Source: Deltaproteobacteria bacterium HGW-Deltaproteobacteria-13 (GTDB lineage: Bacteria > Desulfobacterota > Syntrophia > Syntrophales > Smithellaceae). Taken from it: 64,000 bases of DNA. The notes below the pieces were generated by a model. The model worked only from the letters and a program-made list of their open reading frames with translations, had not been told where the DNA came from and searched no databases. The first letter of the stretch is position 1; every line of letters begins with the position of its first letter. The stretch is from positions 174,045 through 238,044 of the forward strand of contig PHBJ01000005.1 in assembly GCA_002840555.1 (NCBI GenBank), written 5' to 3'. Both the position numbers and the translations under genes were made by a program. This document shows, piece by piece, positions 47,665 through 57,390 of this stretch.

Positions 47665-48516
47665 CCTTATCCATTCCGGCGGACACAGCCGTCCCCGCGT
47701 CACATCCTTCATTTGAATGCCGCTGATACTTTCGCATATGAGATCATCCTTATAAATCCACGCGTCAAATATCAACATCTCCTTACTCACGCTCACCGGC
47801 GCAACGTGCCCAATATATTCCTTCCCCTTTTTCGTCTTTTGATAAATTACCCTTTTTTCAAATCCGACGGGAAAGCAAACTTTACCGGCAAAGCGCTGTC
47901 CCCAGACACAGGCCGCGTGCATTGCCGCGTCCATCGGAAACGGAGAGCCGAGCAAACTTTCATCTGCTCCGTAATCCCCTCCCCGAATAAAAGCCCACGC
48001 GCCCTTTGGTGAAACAGATAAATCACCACTGATGTTTTGATAAGCCGCTCCAAAAGGAACCAGTTCATGGTAAATAGTCGCCGCGGGCACGCTGATGTAA
48101 TTTCCTTCCGGTTTATTGACGGCAAGAAAAGGGGGAGTCAATGGCTCGGCAGAATCTGCGGCCGCAAACTCCACCCGGGCATGCTCAACGGTGCGGCTGA
48201 TCGCGCCGGTCTTCGATTTTACCGAAGTTAAAAGAGACGCCGTAACACTTCCCTCACCGGACATTTCCAGGTCGACCATCACCGGCAGGCGCACGGCATC
48301 CGGCGCAATGGTTAAGAAACGTGGGAAACTTGCTCTCTTCAAAATACTTATCTCTGCCCGCGGATAATAGGTTCTAACCGCGCGAGCCATAATAATCAGC
48401 GATTCCACAGCGGGCAGAATTGCTTTACCTTCCAGATGATGATCCATTAGGTATGGATACACATCTTTAGCAATTGAGCAGCGTTTTTTCTGATTTAAAC
48501 GGGGAATGATTTCCAT
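47647..48516 (-). CDS. PKS-type (double-hotdog) dehydratase-like protein
   Basis: HxxxGxxxxP motif in HHLEGKAILP and a second DxxxH motif in PMDAAMH. Start taken at MEIIPRL (48516). Confidence 0.6.
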   Translation of the reverse strand: MEIIPRLNQKKRCSIAKDVYPYLMDHHLEGKAILPAVESLIIMARAVRTYYPRAEISILKRASFPRFLTIAPDAVRLPVMVDLEMSGEGSVTASLLTSVKSKTGAISRTVEHARVEFAAADSAEPLTPPFLAVNKPEGNYISVPAATIYHELVPFGAAYQNISGDLSVSPKGAWAFIRGGDYGADESLLGSPFPMDAAMHAACVWGQRFAGKVCFPVGFEKRVIYQKTKKGKEYIGHVAPVSVSKEMLIFDAWIYKDDLICESISGIQMKDVTRGRLCPPEWIRVNSEW

Positions 48517-48974
48517 ACTTGAACCGTTTTCGGATCCACAGCCACGGGAGTGCCCGACTGATTCAGGGCGCAATGTTTCGTGAAGCCGATACAGATGATA
48601 TGCCCCTTTTCGGCGTGCGTTATCAGGTAATCAAACTGCAAACGCACCCGCTCCAGATTTACCGGCCGCGTGTAGATATACATTACATCATCATAATATA
48701 GAGGCTGATAAAAACTTACGCCCAGATCGAAGATGGGATAAACATAGCCGCTTTCCTCGATTTCCTTGTAAGAGTATGCGATGTCGCGCATCAGAGACGT
48801 CCGGCCGAATTCAAAATAACGCAGATAATTGGAGTGATACACTACTTGTGAGCGGTCTGTGTCAACATACAGGGTCCGGTATGTTGAGCGATGCCAGACA
48901 AGACCGGTTGTCAGGTCGCGCACGTAATGTTCATCATTATTATATATCTCCGGTTTAAAAGGTTTGGGTTTCAT
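48495..48974 (-). CDS. 4HBT hotdog-fold thioesterase
   Basis: YVDTDRSQVVYHSNYLRYFEFGR pattern. Start trimmed to MKPKPF at 48974. Confidence 0.7.
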   Translation of the reverse strand: MKPKPFKPEIYNNDEHYVRDLTTGLVWHRSTYRTLYVDTDRSQVVYHSNYLRYFEFGRTSLMRDIAYSYKEIEESGYVYPIFDLGVSFYQPLYYDDVMYIYTRPVNLERVRLQFDYLITHAEKGHIICIGFTKHCALNQSGTPVAVDPKTVQVWKSFPV

Positions 48975-48976
48975 TC

Positions 48977-50242
48977 TTACACTCCTCTGAAAATAACACA
49001 GCAATTTGTTCCGCCAAAACCGAAAGCATTGGAAAGAGCGATTTCATATTTATGTTTGCGGGCTTCATTGGGGACAACATCAATATCGGATATTTCCGGA
49101 TCGGGTATATGATTGATCGTGGGCAGGATAATATCTTTCTTCATTCCTTCAATCGTCAAAGCAGCTTCGATGGCCGCGGTCGCGCCGAGGGTATGCCCCA
49201 GCTGCGATTTGTTCGAGGACACGGGAATTTTTTCTATTTTTCTGCCGAACACTTCCCGAAGACATTTGACTTCCGCGCTGTCGCCTTTCGGCGTGGAAGT
49301 GCCGTGGGCATTGACATATTGAATATCTTCCGGTTTCAATCCGGCATCCTCAATCGTTTCCCTCATAGCGCGGATGATCGTCGGCATATTGGGGCTGGTA
49401 TAATGATGGGCATCCGATGACCACCCGACACCGAGAACTTCGGCCCTGGGTTTTAGTCCGTAAGCTTTCATCGTCTCTTCCGCCGCCAGAATAACAACAC
49501 CCGCGCCTTCGGAAAGAACAAACCCCTTGCGGTCAACACTGAAAGGCCGTGATGCCAGCGCCGGATTATCATAAGCGCGGTCTTTGGGATTAACCTTGAT
49601 CGTGGCGTTCATGTTGGCAAAACCGTGAATAATCTCCGGCAGGATGGGCGTGTCGACGCCGCCCGCCAGAACAAAATCGCAATCACCGTCCCGGATCATC
49701 CTTGCCCCGATGCCGATCGCGTAGTTGCCCGAAGCGCAGGCGCCCTGCGGCGAAAAGATCGGTCCGGTATATTTCAACAGCATTCCCGCCTTGCCGGAGG
49801 GAAGATTCGCGCATAAATTAGGCAGAAGATAAGGGCTGACCCGGAGCGCCCCGCGGTGTTCCAGATCGTGCACGGCGATGCGAAAAGCATCGGCCCCGTT
49901 GATTGCCGAACCGATAAGACAGGCCATTCGCGGAGCGATTTGAGCGTCAAGGACAATGCCTGAATTCTGCAGCGCCTCCTTGCAGACCGCCATCGTCAAA
50001 ATAACAAAAGCCGCGTTCCAGTTATAAACTTCCTTCGCGTCGGTAAAATCAAGCTCCAGCGGGTACCAGTCGGGTATCTCCCCGACGATATCGCAAGCGG
50101 ATTCCACTTTACAGCGGGTTACCTTGCGAAACCCGGCCTCGCCCTTAATCGCTCGCCTCCACGTTTTTTCAAACGTGCTTCCCAGGGGAGTGGCCGCGCC
50201 GTAACCGACAACAAAAACTTTTCTGTTTTTCGGAGCTTTCAT
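48977..50242 (-). CDS. Beta-ketoacyl-ACP synthase (FabF/FabB-like), KS-1
   Basis: Cys-His-His triad: GACASG, VNAHGTSTP, GHTLGATA. Confidence 0.85.
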   Translation of the reverse strand: MKAPKNRKVFVVGYGAATPLGSTFEKTWRRAIKGEAGFRKVTRCKVESACDIVGEIPDWYPLELDFTDAKEVYNWNAAFVILTMAVCKEALQNSGIVLDAQIAPRMACLIGSAINGADAFRIAVHDLEHRGALRVSPYLLPNLCANLPSGKAGMLLKYTGPIFSPQGACASGNYAIGIGARMIRDGDCDFVLAGGVDTPILPEIIHGFANMNATIKVNPKDRAYDNPALASRPFSVDRKGFVLSEGAGVVILAAEETMKAYGLKPRAEVLGVGWSSDAHHYTSPNMPTIIRAMRETIEDAGLKPEDIQYVNAHGTSTPKGDSAEVKCLREVFGRKIEKIPVSSNKSQLGHTLGATAAIEAALTIEGMKKDIILPTINHIPDPEISDIDVVPNEARKHKYEIALSNAFGFGGTNCCVIFRGV

Positions 50243-50256
50243 ATTTTACCTTTTTA

Positions 50257-50329
50257 TGTCATTTCGAGCGTAGCGAGAAATCTTTTCTCTAAGATTGCCA
50301 CGCCAACCAAGGGTTGGCTCGCAATGACA
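50257..50329. repeat. Palindromic intergenic element (TGTCATTTCGAG ... CTCGCAATGACA), copy 1
   Basis: The outer inverted repeat encloses AATCTT/AAGATT and GCCAACC-AAG-GGTTGGC hairpins. Homologous to 52701-52783. Confidence 0.75.
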
Positions 50330-50334
50330 TTTAT

Positions 50335-51597
50335 TTACTCAGTTCTGCGCAAAACGAGGCAGGAATTGCATCCGCCGAAGCCAAACGCGTTTTTCAGCAC
50401 AAACTCCTGTTTTACAATTCTTGCGCCCTCGGCAACACAGTCAATTTCAATTTCCCTGTCAGGGATATAATTAATAGTGGGCAGCAATGTGTCTTTAAGC
50501 ATCCCTTCCATAGCCAGGATGGCTTCGATAGCGCTGGACGCGCCCATCGCGTGGCCAAGTTGCGATTTATTCGCCGATACCGGAGGCATTTTAGAACCGA
50601 AGATGTTACGCAAAGCATCGGCTTCCACTTTATCGCCAATTTTTGTCGAGGTCGCGTGCGCGTTTACCGCGTCAACGTCTTCGGGATGTAATCCACTATT
50701 GGCAATGGTTTCCTTGATGCATCTTTGCACCGTTGTCAAATTAGGCGAAACAAAATGACTGGCGTCGGAGGTCATGGACCATCCGCTCATTTCTATCTTT
50801 GATTTGAGCCCATGGGCTTTCGCAAATTCGTCGGTTGCCAGAATAACGCAGCCGGCGCCTTCGGAAACGACAAAGCCGCGCCGGTTCGCGGAAAAAGGCC
50901 GGCTCGTTTTTTCCGGAGGTTCTTCCATCTGTCCTTCTTTCGGACGGTACGCGCCGTTCATCGTGGCAAATCCGGCAACAATCGGCTCCACCAGAGGAAA
51001 ATCCACAGCGCCGCCGATCACGACGTCCGCCATATTTCTCTGCAGCAGCATCTCACCGACAATCAGCGAAGTAATTCCGGTAGCGCAAGCCGTAATGGTC
51101 GAGCTGATCGGTCCTGTCGCTCCCGTAAGAATGGAAACCTTGCCGCCGACCATATTAATGCAGGAATTGGGATTGGTAAAAGGATGGGGCATTTTGCCTT
51201 CAGCGATCATCAGTCGATCAGCCTGCAGAACCGCGTCCAGTCCGCCGACCGCTGAACTAAAGGTAACCGCCACCCGCGGCGCAATTTCCTTCGTAATAAC
51301 AATTCCACTTTTTAACAGGGCCCGATGAACAACCAGCAGGGCGTATTTAAAGATAGGAGAGGTCCAGTGCGCCAAATCTCGAGGCTGTAAAAAAGGATAC
51401 TGACGAGTATCCACCTCGGCCACTTCACCGGCGACACGCACCGGGAAGCCTTCAGTTAATGGAAATCTGGTCAACTTCCCTATTCCGCAATTTCCGGCGA
51501 CAGCCCGCTGCCATTGAGTATCCAGATCCGTCCCCAAAGAAGATACGGCATCGTAACCCAATATTAATGTTTTCTTTGAACCCATTACCACCTTCAT
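50335..51597 (-). CDS. Beta-ketoacyl-ACP synthase, KS-2
   Basis: Cys-His-His triad: TACATG, VNAHATSTK, GHAMGASS. Confidence 0.85.
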   Translation of the reverse strand: MKVVMGSKKTLILGYDAVSSLGTDLDTQWQRAVAGNCGIGKLTRFPLTEGFPVRVAGEVAEVDTRQYPFLQPRDLAHWTSPIFKYALLVVHRALLKSGIVITKEIAPRVAVTFSSAVGGLDAVLQADRLMIAEGKMPHPFTNPNSCINMVGGKVSILTGATGPISSTITACATGITSLIVGEMLLQRNMADVVIGGAVDFPLVEPIVAGFATMNGAYRPKEGQMEEPPEKTSRPFSANRRGFVVSEGAGCVILATDEFAKAHGLKSKIEMSGWSMTSDASHFVSPNLTTVQRCIKETIANSGLHPEDVDAVNAHATSTKIGDKVEADALRNIFGSKMPPVSANKSQLGHAMGASSAIEAILAMEGMLKDTLLPTINYIPDREIEIDCVAEGARIVKQEFVLKNAFGFGGCNSCLVLRRTE

Positions 51598-51683
51598 AAA
51601 AGAGATAAAAAAGCTTCTCCTGCTAAAAAGAGCAAGCGGGTTACGTTGATTCCCAAAATGCCTATATCAAAAATTGTCGGGGA

Positions 51684-52682
51684 TTACCAAGGAATAAAGT
51701 GGTACAACTTTGCAAACATTTCATAGACTTCGATCCAGTTTTGTAAATCTTTGGCCGATTTCATGTGTTCGCGTTTGTTGACCATGACCCAGCTCATATG
51801 CGCCGCGCCATCTTTGCAGGTGGAACAGTCGCGTGTTGCCGAAGTGCAACAGCGATGAACCGTTTTTAAATCGGAAGCCCAGCGGGAAAAATGAATTAAA
51901 CGGCGGGGACGATTTGTTCGATGATCAAGCGACTCCGTAACCGACGGGCATTCGTTCCAGCCAAAGTCCCGTCCCATCATTTTCCCCGTGGTAATCACTT
52001 CGTGATAGTATTTGCAGGAAATTACAGTTTGCGGATAATGATCGAGCATTTCGTCCATCTCCTGGCGCAAATCTTTCAGTTCGCCCTCGCGCCACGAAAA
52101 GCCGTCAACACGTTCATCATTCGATAAAAGCTGCAGATGTACTTTTAAGCCGACGTCGGCAATTCTTTTAATGACCGGTTCAATCTTGCCCACCTGACGG
52201 GGCGTTAAGGTAAAAAGATAATAAGTGTAAGCGTCTCCTTCATAATTCTTACTGGAAATGGCAAAAGTGTCACGCCCGCGAAGGATTTTCTCATCTTCTC
52301 CGCCGCCCCAGAGGGAAATTCCCACCATCATATCGGGGAATTTTTCCCGGGGAACCTTGATCAGACCGTTGGTGGCGCAATAGGTGGGCAGGCGCTTATA
52401 AAAAGCTTCAACGCGATCCATGCAGAGCGTGGGCTCCCCGCCGATCAAAATCGCCAGATTCACTCCCCGTTCTTTTTCACGGTCAATGAAATCTTCCCAC
52501 TTTTTTATGTCCATTTCCTCTTCGGCCGCCTGATGTTCTCCCGAAGAAAAGAAAAAACAGCCTTTGCAGCGCAAATTGCACCGGTTGGTTACATCATATA
52601 TGGAACTGCGGATATTAAGTGTTGAGATTCGTCTGTATCTCTCATGCCAGTCTTTATCCAGCAAAGAACTAACTGTTTTCAT
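51684..52682 (-). CDS. Radical SAM protein, HpnH-like architecture (rSAM-1)
   Basis: CNLRCKGC (CxxxCxxC), GGEPTL, CATNG, and a C-terminal Cys-rich tail CCTSATRDCSTC that resembles the HpnH C-terminal extension. Confidence 0.65.
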   Translation of the reverse strand: MKTVSSLLDKDWHERYRRISTLNIRSSIYDVTNRCNLRCKGCFFFSSGEHQAAEEEMDIKKWEDFIDREKERGVNLAILIGGEPTLCMDRVEAFYKRLPTYCATNGLIKVPREKFPDMMVGISLWGGGEDEKILRGRDTFAISSKNYEGDAYTYYLFTLTPRQVGKIEPVIKRIADVGLKVHLQLLSNDERVDGFSWREGELKDLRQEMDEMLDHYPQTVISCKYYHEVITTGKMMGRDFGWNECPSVTESLDHRTNRPRRLIHFSRWASDLKTVHRCCTSATRDCSTCKDGAAHMSWVMVNKREHMKSAKDLQNWIEVYEMFAKLYHFIPW

Positions 52683-52700
52683 TCATACTACCCTTAATTA

Positions 52701-52783
52701 TGTCATTTCGATCCGGCGTTTGCCGGGGAGAAATCTTTTCTTCAAGATTGCCACGCCCCGACAAGTCGGGGTTTGCAATGACA
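52701..52783. repeat. Palindromic intergenic element, copy 2
   Basis: tatgtcatttcga ... gagaaatcttttcttcaagattgccacgcc ... CCCCGAC-AA-GTCGGGG ... tgcaatgaca. The internal hairpin differs in sequence from copy 1 but still pairs. Confidence 0.75.
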
Positions 52784-52791
52784 TTCTTTTT

Positions 52792-53892
52792 TTACGATAG
52801 CGCCGCTTGCGGCGGTTCTATAGTTGCAGCGCAAAGATTTTCGCCCTTCTCATAACCCATCACCCAGACAGCCAGATAGGTGTCCACATAATCCAGCCAG
52901 GATTTAAAAGTATCAAGATTGCCCGCATGACGGTATAGCCGCGCCGTGACCACCGCTGAACCGGCGGCGTAATGACGGCAATCGCGACAATCCGTGTCCG
53001 GCACACAGCAGGCAACCGATCGGTCCCAGTTAAGATCCGTTCTGTATTGCCTGAAAGACCTTCCCAACCCGATATCCTGTGAAGGATTCTGACGGGGATA
53101 TGAACAGCCGTAAAGGTCATGCAAACCTTTTTGATGCGTATGCGCCACGGCGTTGTAAGCCGAAAAGAGAATGTTGCGCGGATATATATTCAAAAGCTCT
53201 ATCATCATCTGCCGTGTCCGGCTGAGAGATTCATCATCATGCCGCAGATTCCCCGTGTAACCGACCGGCGAGGAAAAGACGTTAAACGTTAATTTACACC
53301 CGTGGGCGACAAGCCGGGCGGCAACTTCTTTCACCTCATCTATATTTTCCCGCGTGAAGGTGTAAACAAAAACAGCGCGCGGATCATTTTCGTAATTCTC
53401 AATCTGTTTTTTCAAAAGATCTTTGGCCTTTCTGATTCTCAGGCTGGTTTCATCATTGCCCCAGACGGAAATATGCAGTTTATAGCCAACGGATGAAGAA
53501 ATTTTTTTAAACCCGTTGGTGGCAATACTGCCAAGCGGCATTTCCAGATAGCACGCATCCAGCAGCTGGGGCACTAAAGAAGGCTCCGCTCCCGCCAGAA
53601 CCACGTAAGTAATGCCGCGCGCTTTTTCCGCCCGCATCAGCTCGCGCCACGCCGCCGCGTCGCCAATCTCCCGGGCAAACTGTTTTTCGCCTTCAAAATA
53701 ATAACAGCCGTCGCATCGAATATTGCAGCGATTGGACATGTCGTAAGTTGATTCCCGCAGAAAAAAATATTTCCTCACCTTTTCCCAACGTGCTTTGACT
53801 TCCGGATGGGCTAAAAGTTCGGAAAATTTCGGCTTGGCTGATTCCTGAGTTACTTTATTATGAACAGGCATAGACCTATTTGCTTCTATCAA
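52792..53892 (-). CDS. Radical SAM protein, HpnH-like architecture (rSAM-2)
   Basis: CNIRCDGC, AGAEPSL, ATNG, and a C-terminal CCVPDTDCRDCRHY. Paralog of rSAM-1. Confidence 0.65.
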   Translation of the reverse strand: MIEANRSMPVHNKVTQESAKPKFSELLAHPEVKARWEKVRKYFFLRESTYDMSNRCNIRCDGCYYFEGEKQFAREIGDAAAWRELMRAEKARGITYVVLAGAEPSLVPQLLDACYLEMPLGSIATNGFKKISSSVGYKLHISVWGNDETSLRIRKAKDLLKKQIENYENDPRAVFVYTFTRENIDEVKEVAARLVAHGCKLTFNVFSSPVGYTGNLRHDDESLSRTRQMMIELLNIYPRNILFSAYNAVAHTHQKGLHDLYGCSYPRQNPSQDIGLGRSFRQYRTDLNWDRSVACCVPDTDCRDCRHYAAGSAVVTARLYRHAGNLDTFKSWLDYVDTYLAVWVMGYEKGENLCAATIEPPQAALS

Positions 53893-54165
53893 TTAATTTT
53901 TCGTGGCAATCTTTTCTTCAATATATTCGGCAATCAGACGAATCGTTTTCAACCTGGGATAATCGTCTTCATCAATGGCGATCCTGTATTCATCCTGCAG
54001 GACTAAGGCAATCGTTGCCAGATCCATGCTGTCAATGCCCAGTTCATCCACCAGATCCATATCCGGATTGAATGTATCCGCTGTAACCTCTTCCAGTTTA
54101 AGCTCATCAATAATGATTTCGGCCACGTGCCGTATAATGCCTTCGATATCGTGATTTACAGGCAT
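53893..54165 (-). CDS. Acyl carrier protein (ACP-1)
   Basis: LGIDSMDL phosphopantetheine-attachment motif. Start trimmed to MPVNHD after GGAGG. Confidence 0.8.
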   Translation of the reverse strand: MPVNHDIEGIIRHVAEIIIDELKLEEVTADTFNPDMDLVDELGIDSMDLATIALVLQDEYRIAIDEDDYPRLKTIRLIAEYIEEKIATKN

Positions 54166-54189
54166 CCCTTCCCTCCTTACCATGCTTAT

Positions 54190-54573
54190 TTATATTTTTT
54201 TATCACTTATTTTTTTTGCAATCATCAAACCACTGCACACAATATTTTCTTTTCTTATCACTTTAAACGAAAACAAAATATCTCCGCCTGCTTCTTCACC
54301 TGTTACGATTACCGAAAGTGTTTCTCCCGGCCTCACCGGTTGAGTGAATCTTACTCTTCTGAGCGACTGCAATTGAACGCACGTCCCTTTTGCCTGTGCG
54401 TCCCGGATAATTGCCTGTTCGACTATATTAACCAAAGCGATTCCCGGAAGAATCGGCTCACCCGGGAAATGACCTGAAAACCAGGGGGAATCAGCCGGCG
54501 CATCCGCTAAAGCTTCAATATGATTATTATTAATTGCCTTTATTTCTTTTAACAAACTCCATTGATTTTCCAA
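54190..54573 (-). CDS. FabZ-like hotdog dehydratase
   Basis: FSGHFPGEPILPGIAL motif. Apparent TTG start. Confidence 0.7.
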   Translation of the reverse strand: MENQWSLLKEIKAINNNHIEALADAPADSPWFSGHFPGEPILPGIALVNIVEQAIIRDAQAKGTCVQLQSLRRVRFTQPVRPGETLSVIVTGEEAGGDILFSFKVIRKENIVCSGLMIAKKISDKKI

Positions 54574-54786
54574 TAAACAGACCCCATTACCCCATCACAG
54601 CGTTAACTTCACGCCCAAAAGAGGTAATTCATATCATCGATTGTTTTTTCAATCAAAATTTTTTTATAACGTCAATAAAAATAATTAAACTCAAATTTTA
54701 GAAGTTAACACTTTTTTGTGAAAGGATCAGGATATCCCTTGTTTGATCGATAATATTTCTATTCATACAGAATCTACAGGGTGTTC

Positions 54787-56280
54787 TTAATTATTCTTTG
54801 CCGGATCATGGAACTCATTCAAACCGGCCAGGTATTTCATATCCGTCCGGTAACGTTCTTCCCATCCTTGTTTTGCCTGTCTGCGGCCGACAGTAAGCTT
54901 CAGCAAAGGGCGCAGCACATATGTCCAAAACGGCACCCACAGGCCTCCCTTGCTTCTGAACAGTTTGGAAGGCTCCCACCACCCGAAAATCTTCTGCCTG
55001 TGCAGCCAGACCAGATATTGCAATTGCTCCGTCTCGAGATGCCGGGTTTTAACATTGGCGCTGATGCCGTTGTATCTCTTGTAATCGTACGGATTGGTCA
55101 CCATTCCCTGATCCAGCAGTTGCTGACGCACCTCCGTCTTCGGATAGGGAGTCAGAATCTGGCAGTAGGGTATATCCGCGTCCAGCGCTTTCATAAACTT
55201 ATAGTTTTCAATAATATCCGCTTCGTCATCGTCCGGAAAACCGAAAATCAATCCGGCAATGACCATAATGCCGTATTTGTGGCATATCTGAACAGCTTTG
55301 CGCGATGCCTCCACGATATCGCCTTTGTGCGATACAACCAAGTTTTTCCGGGATACACTTTCAATCCCTAAAAAAATGGTTTTCATTCCCGCGAGAGACA
55401 TTTTACGCACCATCTCTTCGTTTCTGGATATGGAAACACAATCGGCCTGGACGTTGAGTTTCAGTCCCTTGTAATTGCGGGCGATGATCGCGTCACAAAT
55501 ATGAATGACCCGTTGGGGATCAAGCACCAGGTTGTCATCGACAATAAAAATCATGCGGGTCTTAAGGTTGTAATAAATGTCATCGATATCCGCCAAAACC
55601 CTTTCAATGGGGAACGTCCGAAAGGTCGGTCCATACATATGGTTCATGCTGCAAAAAGAACAGGTTCTGGTGCATCCCCGGGATGTCTCCATGACCTCAG
55701 CTTTCGAAGTTACGATATGATATCCTGACGTCAGGCGGCGTTTATCCCGGATGGGGATTTTAAGCCGGGAGAGATCCAGCAGTTCTCCTCTGGGATTGTG
55801 GACAAACTGCCCCCCGTCTTTATAAGACAGAGAAGGAATGTCTTCCAGCCGGTCCTTGTCCTCCAGCGCGTTTACCAGCCTCCGGAAGGATTCTTCGCCT
55901 TCTCCCCGGACCATGAAGTCGATCAGGCCGGCCTCGCTAGACGAGGCAATTTGTTCATACATCAGTGTGGCATGATATCCACCGATGACAATTTTTACTT
56001 CCGGCACAAGGCGCCGGATAAAACGGATTATTTTGATACAGGTCTCATACTGCCATGTCATGGCGGATAAACCAACCAGTTGTGGACGGATTTTAAGCAG
56101 GAGTCGTCTCAAATATCCGGTAAGATGCCTGCGTTTACGAATAAGATCGACAATAAAAATATCATGGCCGGCATCGATGTTGGCGCCTAAACTGGCAATT
56201 CCGCAATTGGATAAATGAAAGGCGCTTGCGTGCATAATCATCGGAATCACGTCCGGCATGGACATCAGAATAATTTTCAT
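54787..56280 (-). CDS. B12-binding-domain radical SAM protein (class B), B12-rSAM-1
   Basis: N-terminal Rossmann-like cobalamin-binding-type domain, then CTRTCSFC. 497 aa. Confidence 0.75.
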   Translation of the reverse strand: MKIILMSMPDVIPMIMHASAFHLSNCGIASLGANIDAGHDIFIVDLIRKRRHLTGYLRRLLLKIRPQLVGLSAMTWQYETCIKIIRFIRRLVPEVKIVIGGYHATLMYEQIASSSEAGLIDFMVRGEGEESFRRLVNALEDKDRLEDIPSLSYKDGGQFVHNPRGELLDLSRLKIPIRDKRRLTSGYHIVTSKAEVMETSRGCTRTCSFCSMNHMYGPTFRTFPIERVLADIDDIYYNLKTRMIFIVDDNLVLDPQRVIHICDAIIARNYKGLKLNVQADCVSISRNEEMVRKMSLAGMKTIFLGIESVSRKNLVVSHKGDIVEASRKAVQICHKYGIMVIAGLIFGFPDDDEADIIENYKFMKALDADIPYCQILTPYPKTEVRQQLLDQGMVTNPYDYKRYNGISANVKTRHLETEQLQYLVWLHRQKIFGWWEPSKLFRSKGGLWVPFWTYVLRPLLKLTVGRRQAKQGWEERYRTDMKYLAGLNEFHDPAKNN

Positions 56281-56354
56281 ATTGCCCCGACTCTCTCTGT
56301 CGTCACAATTCCAAACATATCAACGATAATTCTTAGGAGGTAACCATCCTTTTT

Positions 56355-57179
56355 TTAGCCGGCAGTTGCGTCATGCCGGCATTTCACCGCCATCATTTCT
56401 CTATCAATCAAAAAAGAAAGAGGCACAATTTTAAAACCATTGCCAATAAGTCCCTGCAATATTTTTTCAATCTCCGGCAATAAAATATCGCTGTCCTCTT
56501 TTTTACGCGGCGGTATGTCATGAAGGACGATAATATCGTCGGCCTTTACCTTCTTAAGTATTTTGGAGGCTAAATGTCCAACGCGGCGATTGCCGGCATC
56601 AAAAGCGCGGCAGCTGAAAGTTACACAGAACATTCCCAATTTATCCAACACCTGCGGCAGTTTGGGGCTGATGATGCCCACCGGAGGCCGGAAGGACATG
56701 GCATTCACGCCCATCTCTTTTAAAACTTCCTGAGCCCTGAATATTTCCTGATAAAGATAATTATAATTTCCCAGCATTAAAAAAGGATTATGATGGAAAG
56801 AATGATTGCCGATCGTGTGGCCGCGGGCGATTATTTCTTTGATTATTTCCGGATGCTTCAGTGCGTTTACGCCGGAAACAAAAAAAGTCGCTTTGACTGA
56901 ATACTTATCCAGCAAAGCCAGTATTTGTCCCGTTGTCGGCTCCGCCGGGCCATCGTCAAAAGTGAGCGCGACCAGATTTTGTCCGGTATGGCCGTGACTG
57001 ATCACAGGGAGGTAAAAATTGCTCTGCGGGAAAAAAGAGGCCGCGACACAGAGGATAATATAAAAAAAGGCAATGGCCGCAGCCAGCAGTGAGTTCATAA
57101 AAAAAACAACCGCGGCTGAAGATAAAAGAATTATTCCTGTGATTTGAGCGGGACTGGCAGACAAAAATTTGTTTTTCAT
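56355..57179 (-). CDS. NodB-type polysaccharide deacetylase family protein with an N-terminal membrane anchor
   Basis: TFDDGP and GNHSFHH motifs. Two N-terminal hydrophobic helices. Confidence 0.8.
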   Translation of the reverse strand: MKNKFLSASPAQITGIILLSSAAVVFFMNSLLAAAIAFFYIILCVAASFFPQSNFYLPVISHGHTGQNLVALTFDDGPAEPTTGQILALLDKYSVKATFFVSGVNALKHPEIIKEIIARGHTIGNHSFHHNPFLMLGNYNYLYQEIFRAQEVLKEMGVNAMSFRPPVGIISPKLPQVLDKLGMFCVTFSCRAFDAGNRRVGHLASKILKKVKADDIIVLHDIPPRKKEDSDILLPEIEKILQGLIGNGFKIVPLSFLIDREMMAVKCRHDATAG

Positions 57180-57390
57180 TGATCATTCCTTGAAAAACAT
57201 AGTACGGGTTTTTCAACTCGTCAAAGCTCAGCTAAAACCACACACTACATTATTATTTTTTCCGCTTCCCTATGCGAGCGGAGAAACAAAGGAAATCCCG
57301 ATGTTCTACCCTTCCTCGATCCCTCCCCTCAAACGCGGGAAGAAATACATGGATTCCCGCCAAAATCACGCGGGAATGACAGCGGAGTTT

